Assembly (NCBI GenBank): GCA_034189385.1
Contig: JAXHVD010000010.1
Coordinates: 84,794-148,793, forward strand
Source: Thermodesulfobacteriota bacterium
GTDB lineage: Bacteria > Desulfobacterota > Desulfobacteria > Desulfobacterales > C00003060
Length of the DNA stretch: 64,000 nucleotides
Direction: 5' to 3'
A model generated the notes under the pieces. It was given only the letters and a program-made list of their open reading frames with translations, did not search any database and was not told where the DNA came from. The position numbers and the translations under genes are program-made. This document shows positions 49,001-57,177 of the stretch, in pieces. Numbering within the stretch: position 1 is the first letter of the stretch; the number at the start of each line of letters is the position of its first letter.

Positions 49001-49096
49001 TGGAAACTGCGTTGCCAGAAGGAGAGTAGCGGCCAAGACCAGCATCACGACGACCCAAGGATGCCTCATGCTGAAATTCGTCATTACCAGTTTCAT
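46091..49096 (-). CDS. MMPL/RND family transporter
   Basis: two sets of TM repeats (IAVADAVH; GLSVDFAIHF); large periplasmic loops; start could be 49144 or 49084. Confidence 0.88.
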   Translation of the reverse strand: MKLVMTNFSMRHPWVVVMLVLAATLLLATQFPKAHFDNDPENMLAEDEHVRILHHEVKKKYRLYDFVIVGIVNEKHPDGVFNVETLGRIYDLTSQLLSLSRSADGKPSVIIPGKGAGKEERIVLDLAPESPWKRALAFFFRQNPNRLFGERGHSAIISREIISPSVVDNIKQADLGSLKLEYLMEEPPSTREEALTIRADAMANPLYSGTLVAEDEKAICIYIPIVDKTYSYNVANLVRALTEDWEGEDKIYITGLPVAEDTFGVEMLVQMATSAPMAGLAIFLLLLLFFRRISLIIAPMIVAVVCVLCTMGLLIGLGFDVHIMSSMIAIFLMPIAVADAVHILSEFFDTYEQFKDKAKTLQHVIGHLFMPMLYTTLTTIAGFASLATTPIPPVQVFGLHVAFGVALAWLLTMTLIPAYIIVAVPDRSLARLGTQPQKTKEKTLSLNRILEGLGSFSYIHWKLVLSATVLVIAVSVYGISRIQVNDNPVKWFTTDHPIRMADTVLNAHFGGTYTAYLTFSESRPERPSCMEKAAKIRAEAKARLEKALPEATAAFIGVLDGLKQRYQNVSSSNVKKCFVDLVNEAKRIDAEATQSWYRLADTINYLDPEGLTYERLAEGVEKAADVKPSDKNTLLSRLEASSNLKGYALLDTALAICDEFTALSFREFVFEMEAELTAPLFKTPALLRYIEQLQDHLTKNPVVGKTSSAVDALKKASYELSYVSPPSDATEAEKAAFANRNLGNFSIPDSVSAVGQVFTQLEGMKKKDSLFHLVTKDYSEANVWVQLKSGDNKDMEDVVADVTTYMAENPPPVKLTAHWAGLTYLNVVWQDKMVRGMLSALGSSFIVVLVMMMLLFRSPLYGLLCMIPLSVTIAFIYGLIGLVGKDYDMPVAVLSALTLGLSVDFAIHFLERARETQKALGSWKAASAQMFKEPAMAISRNAIVISVGFTPLLMAPLVPYKTVGFFLATIMAVSWCATLFILPALVTTLRGVLFKTEKQTH

Positions 49097-49189
49097 CTGA
49101 TTCTTTTCCGCTTCTCCCAAGAGCCTTCCATGGGCCGCCTTCATAGGAAGGGGCAGCCTTCGCCCCCCTTCACCCCTCTTCAGTCAGTC

Positions 49190-49537
49190 TTAAAATGTGA
49201 TGATCTCAAAGCCCTCCTCTCGATACCGGGCCATGCTGGGATGGCCGCTCATTTCGTCTAGGAGTCTCAAACCTTCGGCCTGTACAGCTTCCAGCGTACC
49301 CATCTTGTTGGAGCAGGCCTTACAGGCCCCATCAATCAGGTCCAGGCCCTTGGCCTTTTCATAGAGACGATACATGGGATTATCTTCCTTGGCCAGTTCC
49401 GGCACCAGCTTGGTGGCAGCTCCTTCGATCACGATTTTGACATCATATCCCTTCTCGTTCATGCCGATGGCATTTAGAAGCACATGGATAAAGCACATGA
49501 ACTCGCCATTGAAGGCAAACATGGCTATCTTCTTCAT
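49190..49537 (-). CDS. DsrE-like protein
   Basis: FAFNGEFMCFIHVLLNA, IVIEG, ACKAC, GHPSM. Confidence 0.75.
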   Translation of the reverse strand: MKKIAMFAFNGEFMCFIHVLLNAIGMNEKGYDVKIVIEGAATKLVPELAKEDNPMYRLYEKAKGLDLIDGACKACSNKMGTLEAVQAEGLRLLDEMSGHPSMARYREEGFEIITF

Positions 49538-49560
49538 TGGGACCTCCCTTCTCGTTTACC

Positions 49561-49752
49561 TTAAACGTCTTCCCATGTGATGCAATCAGCCGGACAGTTC
49601 TTGATGGCCTCATCTACTTCTTCCTTTGGGTAGTCGGAAATCTCCGCCACCTCTATATAGCCGGCGTCATTTCGTCTAAAGACGGTGGGGCAGAGATCCA
49701 GACAGGCCTCACAGTCCGTGCACTCGCCCAAATCAATGACCGGAATCTTCAT
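49561..49752 (-). CDS. single-cluster ferredoxin
   Basis: CTDCEACLDLCP...CPADCI. Confidence 0.9.
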   Translation of the reverse strand: MKIPVIDLGECTDCEACLDLCPTVFRRNDAGYIEVAEISDYPKEEVDEAIKNCPADCITWEDV

Positions 49753-49819
49753 TTGCCTCCTCCATTCTTGTCAGGAATCTATCCAAGCCCAATCTGAAAC
49801 CGGTCAGGTACATGGCGGT

Positions 49820-51007
49820 CTATCTCTGGTTAAGAATATAGTCATAGGCAGAAAGCGCTGCCTTGGCCCCCTCGCCTGCAGCCACAATGACCTGTTTGAA
49901 GGGAACATCAGTTACATCTCCACAGGCAAGGACCCCGGCCACGCCGGTGCGACATCTGGCGTCTATAATGATCTCTCCAATACCGTTTGTCTCCACCACG
50001 TCTAAGGCCAGCTCCGAGTTCGGCTGTAGGCCGATCTCAACTATGATGCCTGCAACGTCCAGCCTCCTCACATCACCGGTAGCTAACGGTTTGATCTCTA
50101 TAGCCTCAACCGATGACTCCCCTATAATCTGAAGGATCTCGTGTTCTGTGAAGACTTCTACCTTCGGCGAGCTCGTCACCTTGTCCTGAAGGATCTGGTC
50201 GCCAGTAAGGGGCGTCAAGGAGACCATGTAGACCTTGCGGGCCACTTTCACAAGGTCCATGACCGCCTCTAGAGCCGAGTTTCCTCCGCCGGCTACGGCC
50301 ACGTCAAGATCGGCAAACAGCGGAGCGTCACAGGTGGAACAGTACGTCACCCCCATACCGATCAACTCTTTTTCCCCGGGCACGTTCAAGGGCCTGGGCC
50401 GCTTTCCCATAGCAAGAACGATGGTCTTGGCAAGATAGGTCTTCCCGTCTCCGGCCATGACCTTCTTGACTTTCCCAGTGAGATCCAGGGCCTTTACTTC
50501 AGTCCCAACGAGCTTTTCCACCCCGTACTTTTCAACGTGTTCCTCAAACTTGGAAACGAGATCGGCCGTGTCTATCTGGCTAAAACCAAGGTAGTTGTCC
50601 ACATCGTAGGTCCAGGTCACCTGCCCTCCGATCTCTTTAGTGATGACAAGGGTTTTCAGGACCTTTCGGGCGGCATACACCGCCGCACTTAGACCGGCCG
50701 GGCCGCCACCAATGATGATAACATCGTAGAGGGGAGAAACGGCCTGCTCATCGGCCTGTCCCAGCATGTGACCCAAGGCGCCTGTAGCCTCCAAATGGAC
50801 CAGCTCACTGTATCCTCCCACAGGGGTATCGCCAACAAGGATCTGCGGGAGGGAGCTGCTCCCGGTCTTTTTCCGCATCTCCTGCCATGCCCCTGACTTT
50901 GCGGGGGCGGACACCTCTTCATAGCCGATCCCTTTTTCCTCCAGAAAGAGCTTTGCCTTTTCACAAAAGGGGCACCCTGGAGACACATAGATCGTCAGGC
51001 TAGCCAT
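49820..51007 (-). CDS. glutaredoxin-thioredoxin reductase (TrxB/AhpF-like) fusion
   Basis: N-terminal CPFC glutaredoxin (LPQI, VGGY); GGGPAG FAD motif; CSTCD; GGGNSA; CGD; ATG at 51007. Confidence 0.9.
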   Translation of the reverse strand: MASLTIYVSPGCPFCEKAKLFLEEKGIGYEEVSAPAKSGAWQEMRKKTGSSSLPQILVGDTPVGGYSELVHLEATGALGHMLGQADEQAVSPLYDVIIIGGGPAGLSAAVYAARKVLKTLVITKEIGGQVTWTYDVDNYLGFSQIDTADLVSKFEEHVEKYGVEKLVGTEVKALDLTGKVKKVMAGDGKTYLAKTIVLAMGKRPRPLNVPGEKELIGMGVTYCSTCDAPLFADLDVAVAGGGNSALEAVMDLVKVARKVYMVSLTPLTGDQILQDKVTSSPKVEVFTEHEILQIIGESSVEAIEIKPLATGDVRRLDVAGIIVEIGLQPNSELALDVVETNGIGEIIIDARCRTGVAGVLACGDVTDVPFKQVIVAAGEGAKAALSAYDYILNQR

Positions 51008-51026
51008 GCTCTGTTTGCCCCCGTCC

Positions 51027-51287
51027 CTAGATCTCTGAACTGTGGCCAAGGCAACTCAACGCCATCTGAACGCGCTCACGGTCAAAACCCACAATGACCT
51101 CGTTGCAGATGGCGATCACCGGCACCCTGAGGGCGCCACCCGATATCTTGCGCATTTCTTCCAGGGCCGCCTTGTCCTTGGTTACGTCGTAGACCGTGAA
51201 CTCCACACCGGTTTTGGCAAGGAACTCCTTTGCCATCTTACAGTGAGGTCACGTGGGGCTTGTATAGATCTTCACATCTTGGCTCAT
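51027..51287 (-). CDS. selenoprotein glutaredoxin (UxxC), 86 aa
   Basis: GAAGGAGG RBS; MSQDVKIYTSPT-TGA-PHCKMAKEFL...VPVI...IVGFD; in-frame TGA at 51251-51249 in the first redox-Cys position; hairpin TGGCAAAGGAGTTCCTTGCCA just downstream. Confidence 0.9.
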
Positions 51288-51299
51288 GGAGACCTCCTT

Positions 51300-51458
51300 C
51301 TATTCCTTTTCAAACTGGTCCTTTTCTGCTCCACAGACTGGGCAGGTCCAATCGTCAGGCAGATCTTCAAATTTCGTCCCTGGCGAAATGCCGTTATCGG
51401 GATCTCCCTCTGACGGTTCATACACATATCCACAGACGGAACACACGTACCGGTCCAC
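51300..51458 (-). CDS. rubredoxin (missing from the ORF track)
   Basis: [55 protein letters not shown] start; AGGAGG RBS. Confidence 0.95.
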   Translation of the reverse strand: MDRYVCSVCGYVYEPSEGDPDNGISPGTKFEDLPDDWTCPVCGAEKDQFEKE

Positions 51459-51508
51459 AGACTCTCACCTCCTTGCCTCACCCATTTTTCTTTCCGTAAA
51501 TTCTCATA

Positions 51509-52519
51509 TTACAGGCCCTTCGAGGCCATGAAATCGGCTAAATCCGCCACCCTACAGGCATAACCCCACTCATTGTCGTACCAGGTCACGACTTTGGCCA
51601 TGTTGCCTTGCAGCACCTGGGTGAAGGGAATGTCTACAATAGAAGAGTGGGGATTGCCCTTGAAATCTGATGAGACCAGCCCTTCTTCTTCGCAGGCCAT
51701 GATCCCTTTTAACGAGGTCCTGGCCGCCTTTTTTAAGATGGAGCGTAACGCCTTTGTATCTGTTTTCTTCTTCAGCAAGGCCACAAGATCTACGATCGAT
51801 ACCGTGGGTGTCGGCACACGCAATGAGTACCCGTCAAAACGGCCGGCCAGTTCCGGCACGACGAGGGCCATGGCCTTGGCCGCCCCAGTGGTGGTGGGGA
51901 TAATATTCTGAGCCGCCGTCCTGGCCCGTCGGAGATCCTTATGGGCCAGGTCCAGGATACGCTGATCTGTGGTGTAAGAGTGCACGGTTGTCATCAAGGC
52001 CTTTTCTATACCGAAGGCCTTGTGAACCGTCAGGGCCGGTGGCGCGAGGCAGTTCGTGGTGCACGAGGCGTTGGAGACGATGTGGTGTTTCTTGGGACGG
52101 TAGTCCTTGTGGTTCACCCCCATGACCACGGTGACGTCTATCTCCTTGGCCGGGGCGCTAATGATCACCTTCTTGGCACCGGCCTTGAGGTGCGCAGAAG
52201 CCTGGGGCCCGGTCCTGAAGATACCAGTGCTCTCCACAACGATGTCCACACCTGCATCCCTCCAGGGGATCTCCGCTGGGTCGCGAAATGCAAAGTTCTT
52301 TACGGCCTTTCCCTTGATGACAAAACCGCCCCTTTTCACCTCCACCTTTCCCTGAAAACGGCCATAACTCGAATCGTACTTGAACAGATGGGCGTTCGTT
52401 TTCACGTCAAAGAGGTCGTTCACAGCCACTACTCGAAGCGTTTTCGGGTGCCGCTCCATGACCGCCTTTAAGACCTGGCGGCCGATCCTGCCAAAACCAT
52501 TAATACCGATACGAACCAT
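51509..52519 (-). CDS. gap: type I glyceraldehyde-3-phosphate dehydrogenase
   Basis: [36 protein letters not shown]. Confidence 0.97.
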   Translation of the reverse strand: MVRIGINGFGRIGRQVLKAVMERHPKTLRVVAVNDLFDVKTNAHLFKYDSSYGRFQGKVEVKRGGFVIKGKAVKNFAFRDPAEIPWRDAGVDIVVESTGIFRTGPQASAHLKAGAKKVIISAPAKEIDVTVVMGVNHKDYRPKKHHIVSNASCTTNCLAPPALTVHKAFGIEKALMTTVHSYTTDQRILDLAHKDLRRARTAAQNIIPTTTGAAKAMALVVPELAGRFDGYSLRVPTPTVSIVDLVALLKKKTDTKALRSILKKAARTSLKGIMACEEEGLVSSDFKGNPHSSIVDIPFTQVLQGNMAKVVTWYDNEWGYACRVADLADFMASKGL

Positions 52520-52589
52520 GGTTCCTCCTTTAACTCCCAATATTTATGCCTATTTTTCTCCTTAAGAACGCTTTGACGGCTTGTAGAGA

Positions 52590-53366
52590 TCAGCGCATGT
52601 CAAATTCGGCGACCACAAAGGTATGATCTGAAGGTTTGTGAGACAATCTCGGTGCCATATCGATCCATGCCCCTGTCGATTGCTTAGCCAAGGCAGGCGT
52701 AGCCCACAAGTGATCAATACGCCACCCCAACCCTCGTTTCACGGCCCCTGGGATGCGATAGTCCCAAAAGGTGAACATCTTCTCTGCCTTTTCATGCTTT
52801 CGAAAGACATCCACAAAGCCCCATGCCTTCACGGCAGCAAGGGCTCTGTGCTCTTCTGGATGAAAGCCAACCTTGCCGAGGAGCCTTTTGGGATCGTACA
52901 CATCTTCAGGCTCCGGGGCAACATTGAAATCCCCAGCCCATAGCAACGGCAAAGCTGGGTCACATTGCCCCGCAAAGTATTCCTTTAGACGTTGAAGCCA
53001 GTGAAGCTTGTATTGGAATTTCTCCGATTCCGGTGCATATCCCTGGGGCACGTAAGTGTTCACAACAGAGAGGTCGCCGATCTTCACCGCTACAAGCCTG
53101 GGCTCTTCAGCGGCATCTCCATCACCGAAACCGAAAGAGGTTTGCTCGGGTGGGCTCTTGCTAAGAATCGCCACGCCGTTATACGCCTTTTGTCCCCTAA
53201 AGGTACAATGGTACGCCCGTTCCTCTATGGCCTGGCAAGGGAACGCGTCGTCGGGGACCTTGGTCTCTTGGAGACACAGGACATCTGGAGACTCCTTATC
53301 CAGCCATTCAAGAAGGATGGAAAGGCGGGCCCTTATCCCATTGGCGTTAAACGTGGCGACTTTCAC
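52590..53366 (-). CDS. xth: exodeoxyribonuclease III
   Basis: NANGIR, LQETK, YNGVAIL, GDFN, WDYR, WRIDH, SDH. Confidence 0.95.
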   Translation of the reverse strand: MKVATFNANGIRARLSILLEWLDKESPDVLCLQETKVPDDAFPCQAIEERAYHCTFRGQKAYNGVAILSKSPPEQTSFGFGDGDAAEEPRLVAVKIGDLSVVNTYVPQGYAPESEKFQYKLHWLQRLKEYFAGQCDPALPLLWAGDFNVAPEPEDVYDPKRLLGKVGFHPEEHRALAAVKAWGFVDVFRKHEKAEKMFTFWDYRIPGAVKRGLGWRIDHLWATPALAKQSTGAWIDMAPRLSHKPSDHTFVVAEFDMR

Positions 53367-53423
53367 CTCTGTGCTGCCAGCTGTAGATCCATCTTCACCG
53401 TAAGCTCATGGGTCTAATAGTAC

Positions 53424-53451
53424 TTGACAAGCGCGTCGTTCTTGTTAACAT
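53424..53451 (+). promoter_or_regulatory. putative sigma70 promoter of the peptide/radical SAM unit
   Basis: TTGACA (53424-53429), 16 bp spacer, TAACAT with an extended TGn. Confidence 0.5.
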
Positions 53452-53533
53452 CTTTGTTATTGACCTTTCAACACAATTTTCGTGAACGTTGCTATGAAGG
53501 CAACGAGACTCTTCAGGAGAGGAGGGGGTCACT

Positions 53534-53596
53534 ATGAAAATCCGCAAGGTGCAGAAATGCCGAAAGGGGCTTTGTAAGTGTAAAAACTCTTGCTGA
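53534..53596 (+). CDS. 20-aa Cys/Lys-rich putative RiPP precursor (missing from the ORF track)
   Basis: MKIRKVQKCRKGLCKCKNSC-TGA; strong AGGAGAGGAGG RBS; directly upstream of an RRE-containing radical SAM gene. Confidence 0.72.
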   Translation: MKIRKVQKCRKGLCKCKNSC

Positions 53597-53612
53597 AAAC
53601 ACCCCGTTCCAC

Positions 53613-53647
53613 AAAGCCAGGTCCACTTGGGTGGGCCTGGCTTTTTT
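53613..53647 (+). terminator. hairpin plus U-tract between the peptide and the radical SAM gene
   Basis: AAAGCCAGGTCCAC-TTGG-GTGGGCCTGGCTTT followed by TTT. Confidence 0.7.
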
Positions 53648-53668
53648 CGTACACAGGTGTGGTCAAAG

Positions 53669-55186
53669 ATGAACGAGAAAAACCCCCTTGCCGAAAGACT
53701 TGTCTGCAAAGAGAATTGCTTCTATTACAAGCCAGGCTCAGAAAAGGGCCTGGCCTGCAGAGGTTTCACCGTTCTTGAAGCGCTCCTTCAACACCACCCG
53801 GACATCTCCGTCCATTTTTCCCCTAGGCAGGGCAACACCTTCGAAGACCAATACCCGGAGATCCTTCATCACCTGCTCTGCCGGCATTGCGACTTCTTTA
53901 TCGAAGGATGCGATTTTACAGATCCTGAATACACGGACCCGGCCCTGCCCTGCGGGGGCTATATTGTGGCCGCAGCCCTTGTCCAACAATCCGGCACCCC
54001 TTACCACCAGCTCCTTGAGGCACTCATCCCCAAAGGGACAAAGACCGTCCTAAGTCCCCATTGTAGTCTGAAGCAATTGGAGTCGCCCCATCTATATGAC
54101 ATAGGAAAGGACGAACTCTATGAACTGGACCAGGGAGGCTTTGACTTCTTGAAAAAATGTGATGGCAGACACCTCCTGTCAGAGCTCCCTGTGGACAAAG
54201 ATTTTCTGGAATTCTGCCTCAAGGAAGGGCTTCTTATGGTGGGAACGGGCAGGGAAGAGCGCTCTTTTATTCTCAGGCCGTCTCCCGTCCCTTCTCTGAG
54301 GTATTTGGAGCTTCAACTCACCAGGCGATGCAACCTGAAATGTAAGCACTGCTATCTTGGCACGCCCACCGGCGTGGATCTGTCGTTTTCTCAGGTGCTG
54401 GCCACGCTAAAAGAGTTTGAGGAGATTCAAGGGCTCCGGGTCCTCTTCTCTGGAGGGGAACCCCTGTTGTATCCTGAGCTTGGTCACCTGAACAAGACTC
54501 TGCCTCAATTTCAGGTAAGAAAGATCCTCCTCACCAATGGGACACTCCTGACGGAGGAGAATGATGGCCTTTGGTCCCATTTTGATGAGATTCAGGTCAG
54601 CCTGGACGGGCTTCAGCAAGGCCACGAGGCCCTCAGGGGTCCGGGGACATTTGACCAGGCCCTAAAGGGAATCGAGATCGCCAAAGAGAATGGGGTGCCC
54701 ATTTCCATTGCCACCATGGTCCACCGGCATAATCTGAAGGAGTTTGATGAACTGGCCCGCTGGATCGAAAGGCAGGAGGTGGTGGAGTGGAGCATCGACG
54801 TACCCTGTGAGGCTGGCAGGCTTTCTGAGAATCGGGAATTCCTGGTGGCCCCTGAAGAAGGGGCACCCTTTTTGGAATACGCCACGGGCGGTAGCTACCA
54901 CGGTTCAGGCGAACCCTTTACCTGCGGATATCACCTGTGTGCCGTCACACCTGAAGGGAATGTCGTCAAGTGCGGCTTCTTTCAGGATCGCCTAGGATCC
55001 CTGAAGGAGGGACTGGAAGCCTCCTGGAAGCGGGCCAAGCACGTTCCGTTGAGCCAACTGCAATGTGCGCCATGCCCCTATCTTTCAGACTGCAAGGGAG
55101 GATGTCGATTTCGCGCCTCAAGCCCCTTGGGCAAAGATCCGGTCATGTGTGCCTTCTATGGCCCGGAAAAGCAAGATAAGGGGTAG
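53669..55186 (+). CDS. radical SAM/SPASM protein with Cys-rich N-terminal domain and PqqD/RRE-like domain
   Basis: CNLKCKHC; SGGEP; SLDG; SPASM C..C.VTPEGNVVKC...CAPC...CKGGC...C; RRE-like LYDIGKDELYELD...CDGRH...LKEGLL. Confidence 0.88.
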   Translation: MNEKNPLAERLVCKENCFYYKPGSEKGLACRGFTVLEALLQHHPDISVHFSPRQGNTFEDQYPEILHHLLCRHCDFFIEGCDFTDPEYTDPALPCGGYIVAAALVQQSGTPYHQLLEALIPKGTKTVLSPHCSLKQLESPHLYDIGKDELYELDQGGFDFLKKCDGRHLLSELPVDKDFLEFCLKEGLLMVGTGREERSFILRPSPVPSLRYLELQLTRRCNLKCKHCYLGTPTGVDLSFSQVLATLKEFEEIQGLRVLFSGGEPLLYPELGHLNKTLPQFQVRKILLTNGTLLTEENDGLWSHFDEIQVSLDGLQQGHEALRGPGTFDQALKGIEIAKENGVPISIATMVHRHNLKEFDELARWIERQEVVEWSIDVPCEAGRLSENREFLVAPEEGAPFLEYATGGSYHGSGEPFTCGYHLCAVTPEGNVVKCGFFQDRLGSLKEGLEASWKRAKHVPLSQLQCAPCPYLSDCKGGCRFRASSPLGKDPVMCAFYGPEKQDKG

Positions 55187-55215
55187 TGGTAAGCACTGCC
55201 GTCAGGCAGAACCTA

Positions 55216-55267
55216 CGGGGGCTGCGGTAGCTCCCCTGTGGAGAATGCGCTCGCTTATTCGGTTCAA
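55216..55267. repeat. REP-like element, copy 2
   Basis: differs from 33582-33633 at only one position in ~50 bp. Confidence 0.8.
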
Positions 55268-55376
55268 TGCCGGCACGAAAACGGCCCAATCGATTATAAA
55301 CCTATTGACTGCCGCACATCTCTTCAACGTTCAAGCCGCGTTCTTGGGTTAAGCATGCATCTTCCTTGGTGAAATC

Positions 55377-56156
55377 ATGGATATATCAGGAAACATCGGC
55401 CTGGCCCTAATACTTACAGCCATTGCAGGGCTTTCCACAGGTATCGGAAGCACCATCGCCTATTTTATTAAGAAACCGAAGATGGTCTATCTCTCGTTCT
55501 CCTTGGGCTTTTCGGCTGGTGTGATGATCTACATATCATTCATTGAACTGATGCCTCAAGCAACAGCAGGTGTAGGAAAAATATGGAGCTCTGCTGCTTT
55601 CTTCATTGGAATTCTGTTCATCGGACTAATCGATATATTCGTCCCAGAAGCTGAGAACCCCCACCACTTCAAGGCGCCTTCTGATGTCGCAGACGCTCAG
55701 GGGGATGAAACCCTTATGAGGACCGGTCTTTTCACGGCATTGGCCATAGGGATTCATAATTTCCCGGAAGGGTTGGCCACATTTGCGACAGCCTTTACTG
55801 ATGTGAAGCTCGGTGTAATGATTGCGATTGCGATTGCGATTCACAACATTCCTGAAGGCATATCTGTGTCTGTGCCTATCTTTTATGCTACGGGAGACAA
55901 AAATAAAGCCTTCATGTATTCCTTTCTGTCTGGGATCAGCGAACCCGTGGGAGCTATTATAGGATTTTCCATATTAATGCCGTTCCTTTCAGAAAGGCTC
56001 CTGACATCCCTTTTAGCATTTATCGCGGGAATCATGGTATATATCTCAATAGATGAACTGCTTCCTATGGCCCATCGCTACGGTCACAGTCATGCCGTGA
56101 TCCTTGGGGTGGTTTTTGGGATGTTTATCATGGCCCTGGGTCTACTGATGCTTTAA
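55377..56156 (+). CDS. zupT: ZIP family zinc transporter ZupT
   Basis: AGLSTGIG, SAGVM, HNFPEG, HNIPEG, SEP, DELLP. Confidence 0.93.
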   Translation: MDISGNIGLALILTAIAGLSTGIGSTIAYFIKKPKMVYLSFSLGFSAGVMIYISFIELMPQATAGVGKIWSSAAFFIGILFIGLIDIFVPEAENPHHFKAPSDVADAQGDETLMRTGLFTALAIGIHNFPEGLATFATAFTDVKLGVMIAIAIAIHNIPEGISVSVPIFYATGDKNKAFMYSFLSGISEPVGAIIGFSILMPFLSERLLTSLLAFIAGIMVYISIDELLPMAHRYGHSHAVILGVVFGMFIMALGLLML

Positions 56157-56173
56157 GTCCTGAGGGAAGAATC

Positions 56174-56623
56174 ATGAATCATGGAAAACAGAATAATAAT
56201 AAGAAAACTATCGTAAGCTCTTTCTATAAAGCATTTAGGAGTTTTGGGACAGCATTTCCCGTGTTGCTTGGTGTCATTTTGCTTTTGGGGCTTTTCCGAT
56301 CGTTTGTACCGAACCGCATGCTTTCTGCTGTGTTCAGGGGAGAGCTGTTACGAGATACTATAATTGGATCACTAATCGGAAGCATCTCCTCCGGCAATGC
56401 TGTCTCAAGCTACATCATAGGAGGCGAGCTTTTGAAGGAAAATGTCAGCCTCATTGCAGTAATCGCATTTATGGTGGCTTGGGTCACCGTTGGTATCATT
56501 CAACTTCCTGCTGAAGCAGGTATTCTGGGAAAGCGATTTGCGTTTGCGCGGAATATTTTGAGCTTTTTTTTGTCGATCTTGGTTTCAATAGCAACCGTCA
56601 AGACCTTGATGGTGATTCAATGA
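56174..56623 (+). CDS. small permease (half-size DUF318-like)
   Basis: four TM segments; GSISSGN, WVTVG..QLPAE..LG.RFA..RN. Confidence 0.75.
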   Translation: MNHGKQNNNKKTIVSSFYKAFRSFGTAFPVLLGVILLLGLFRSFVPNRMLSAVFRGELLRDTIIGSLIGSISSGNAVSSYIIGGELLKENVSLIAVIAFMVAWVTVGIIQLPAEAGILGKRFAFARNILSFFLSILVSIATVKTLMVIQ

Positions 56624-57168
56624 GACAAAAGGCAGAACCGCGAAATGTCAAGAAAAAGGGGGAAAAACAAAAACCCTATGGAATATACTTTCTCTGTTCT
56701 GTCCTGTTCTTGTATCTCTTGCTGTTTGTTTTTTATCCAGCAAATATACAGAAATCTCTTGAAGCAAGCGGACATGTCTTATTTCAGATCTTCCCCGCAT
56801 TATGCCTTATTATACTTCTTATGGGGCTTGTGAATCATTTTGTTAATCCCGGGACAGTGTCAAAATATGTGGGCAAAGGCTCTGGCATTAAGGGGTGGTT
56901 TCTGGCCATATGTACTGGTATACTCAGCCACGGATCCATTTACGCCTGGTATCCTTTATTAAGGGATCTTCGAAAGCAAGGGATGAGAAGCGCTTTGATT
57001 GCGGTTTTTCTCTATAATAGGGCTATAAAGATTCCCCTATTGCCTTTGATGGTTCATTACTTCGGAATACCATTCGTCGTGATACTAACAGCTTTTATGA
57101 TTATTGCTTCTATTGTGCAGGGCCACGCTGTTGAAATGCTCGAAGGACGGTTCTCAAATCAGGTATAA
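56620..57168 (+). CDS. small permease (half-size DUF318-like), partner of the previous gene
   Basis: GKGSGIKG, GILSHGSIYAWYP, YNRAIKIP; ATGA overlap with the previous gene. Confidence 0.75.
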   Translation: MRQKAEPRNVKKKGEKQKPYGIYFLCSVLFLYLLLFVFYPANIQKSLEASGHVLFQIFPALCLIILLMGLVNHFVNPGTVSKYVGKGSGIKGWFLAICTGILSHGSIYAWYPLLRDLRKQGMRSALIAVFLYNRAIKIPLLPLMVHYFGIPFVVILTAFMIIASIVQGHAVEMLEGRFSNQV

Positions 57169-57177
57169 GGGGGGCTT

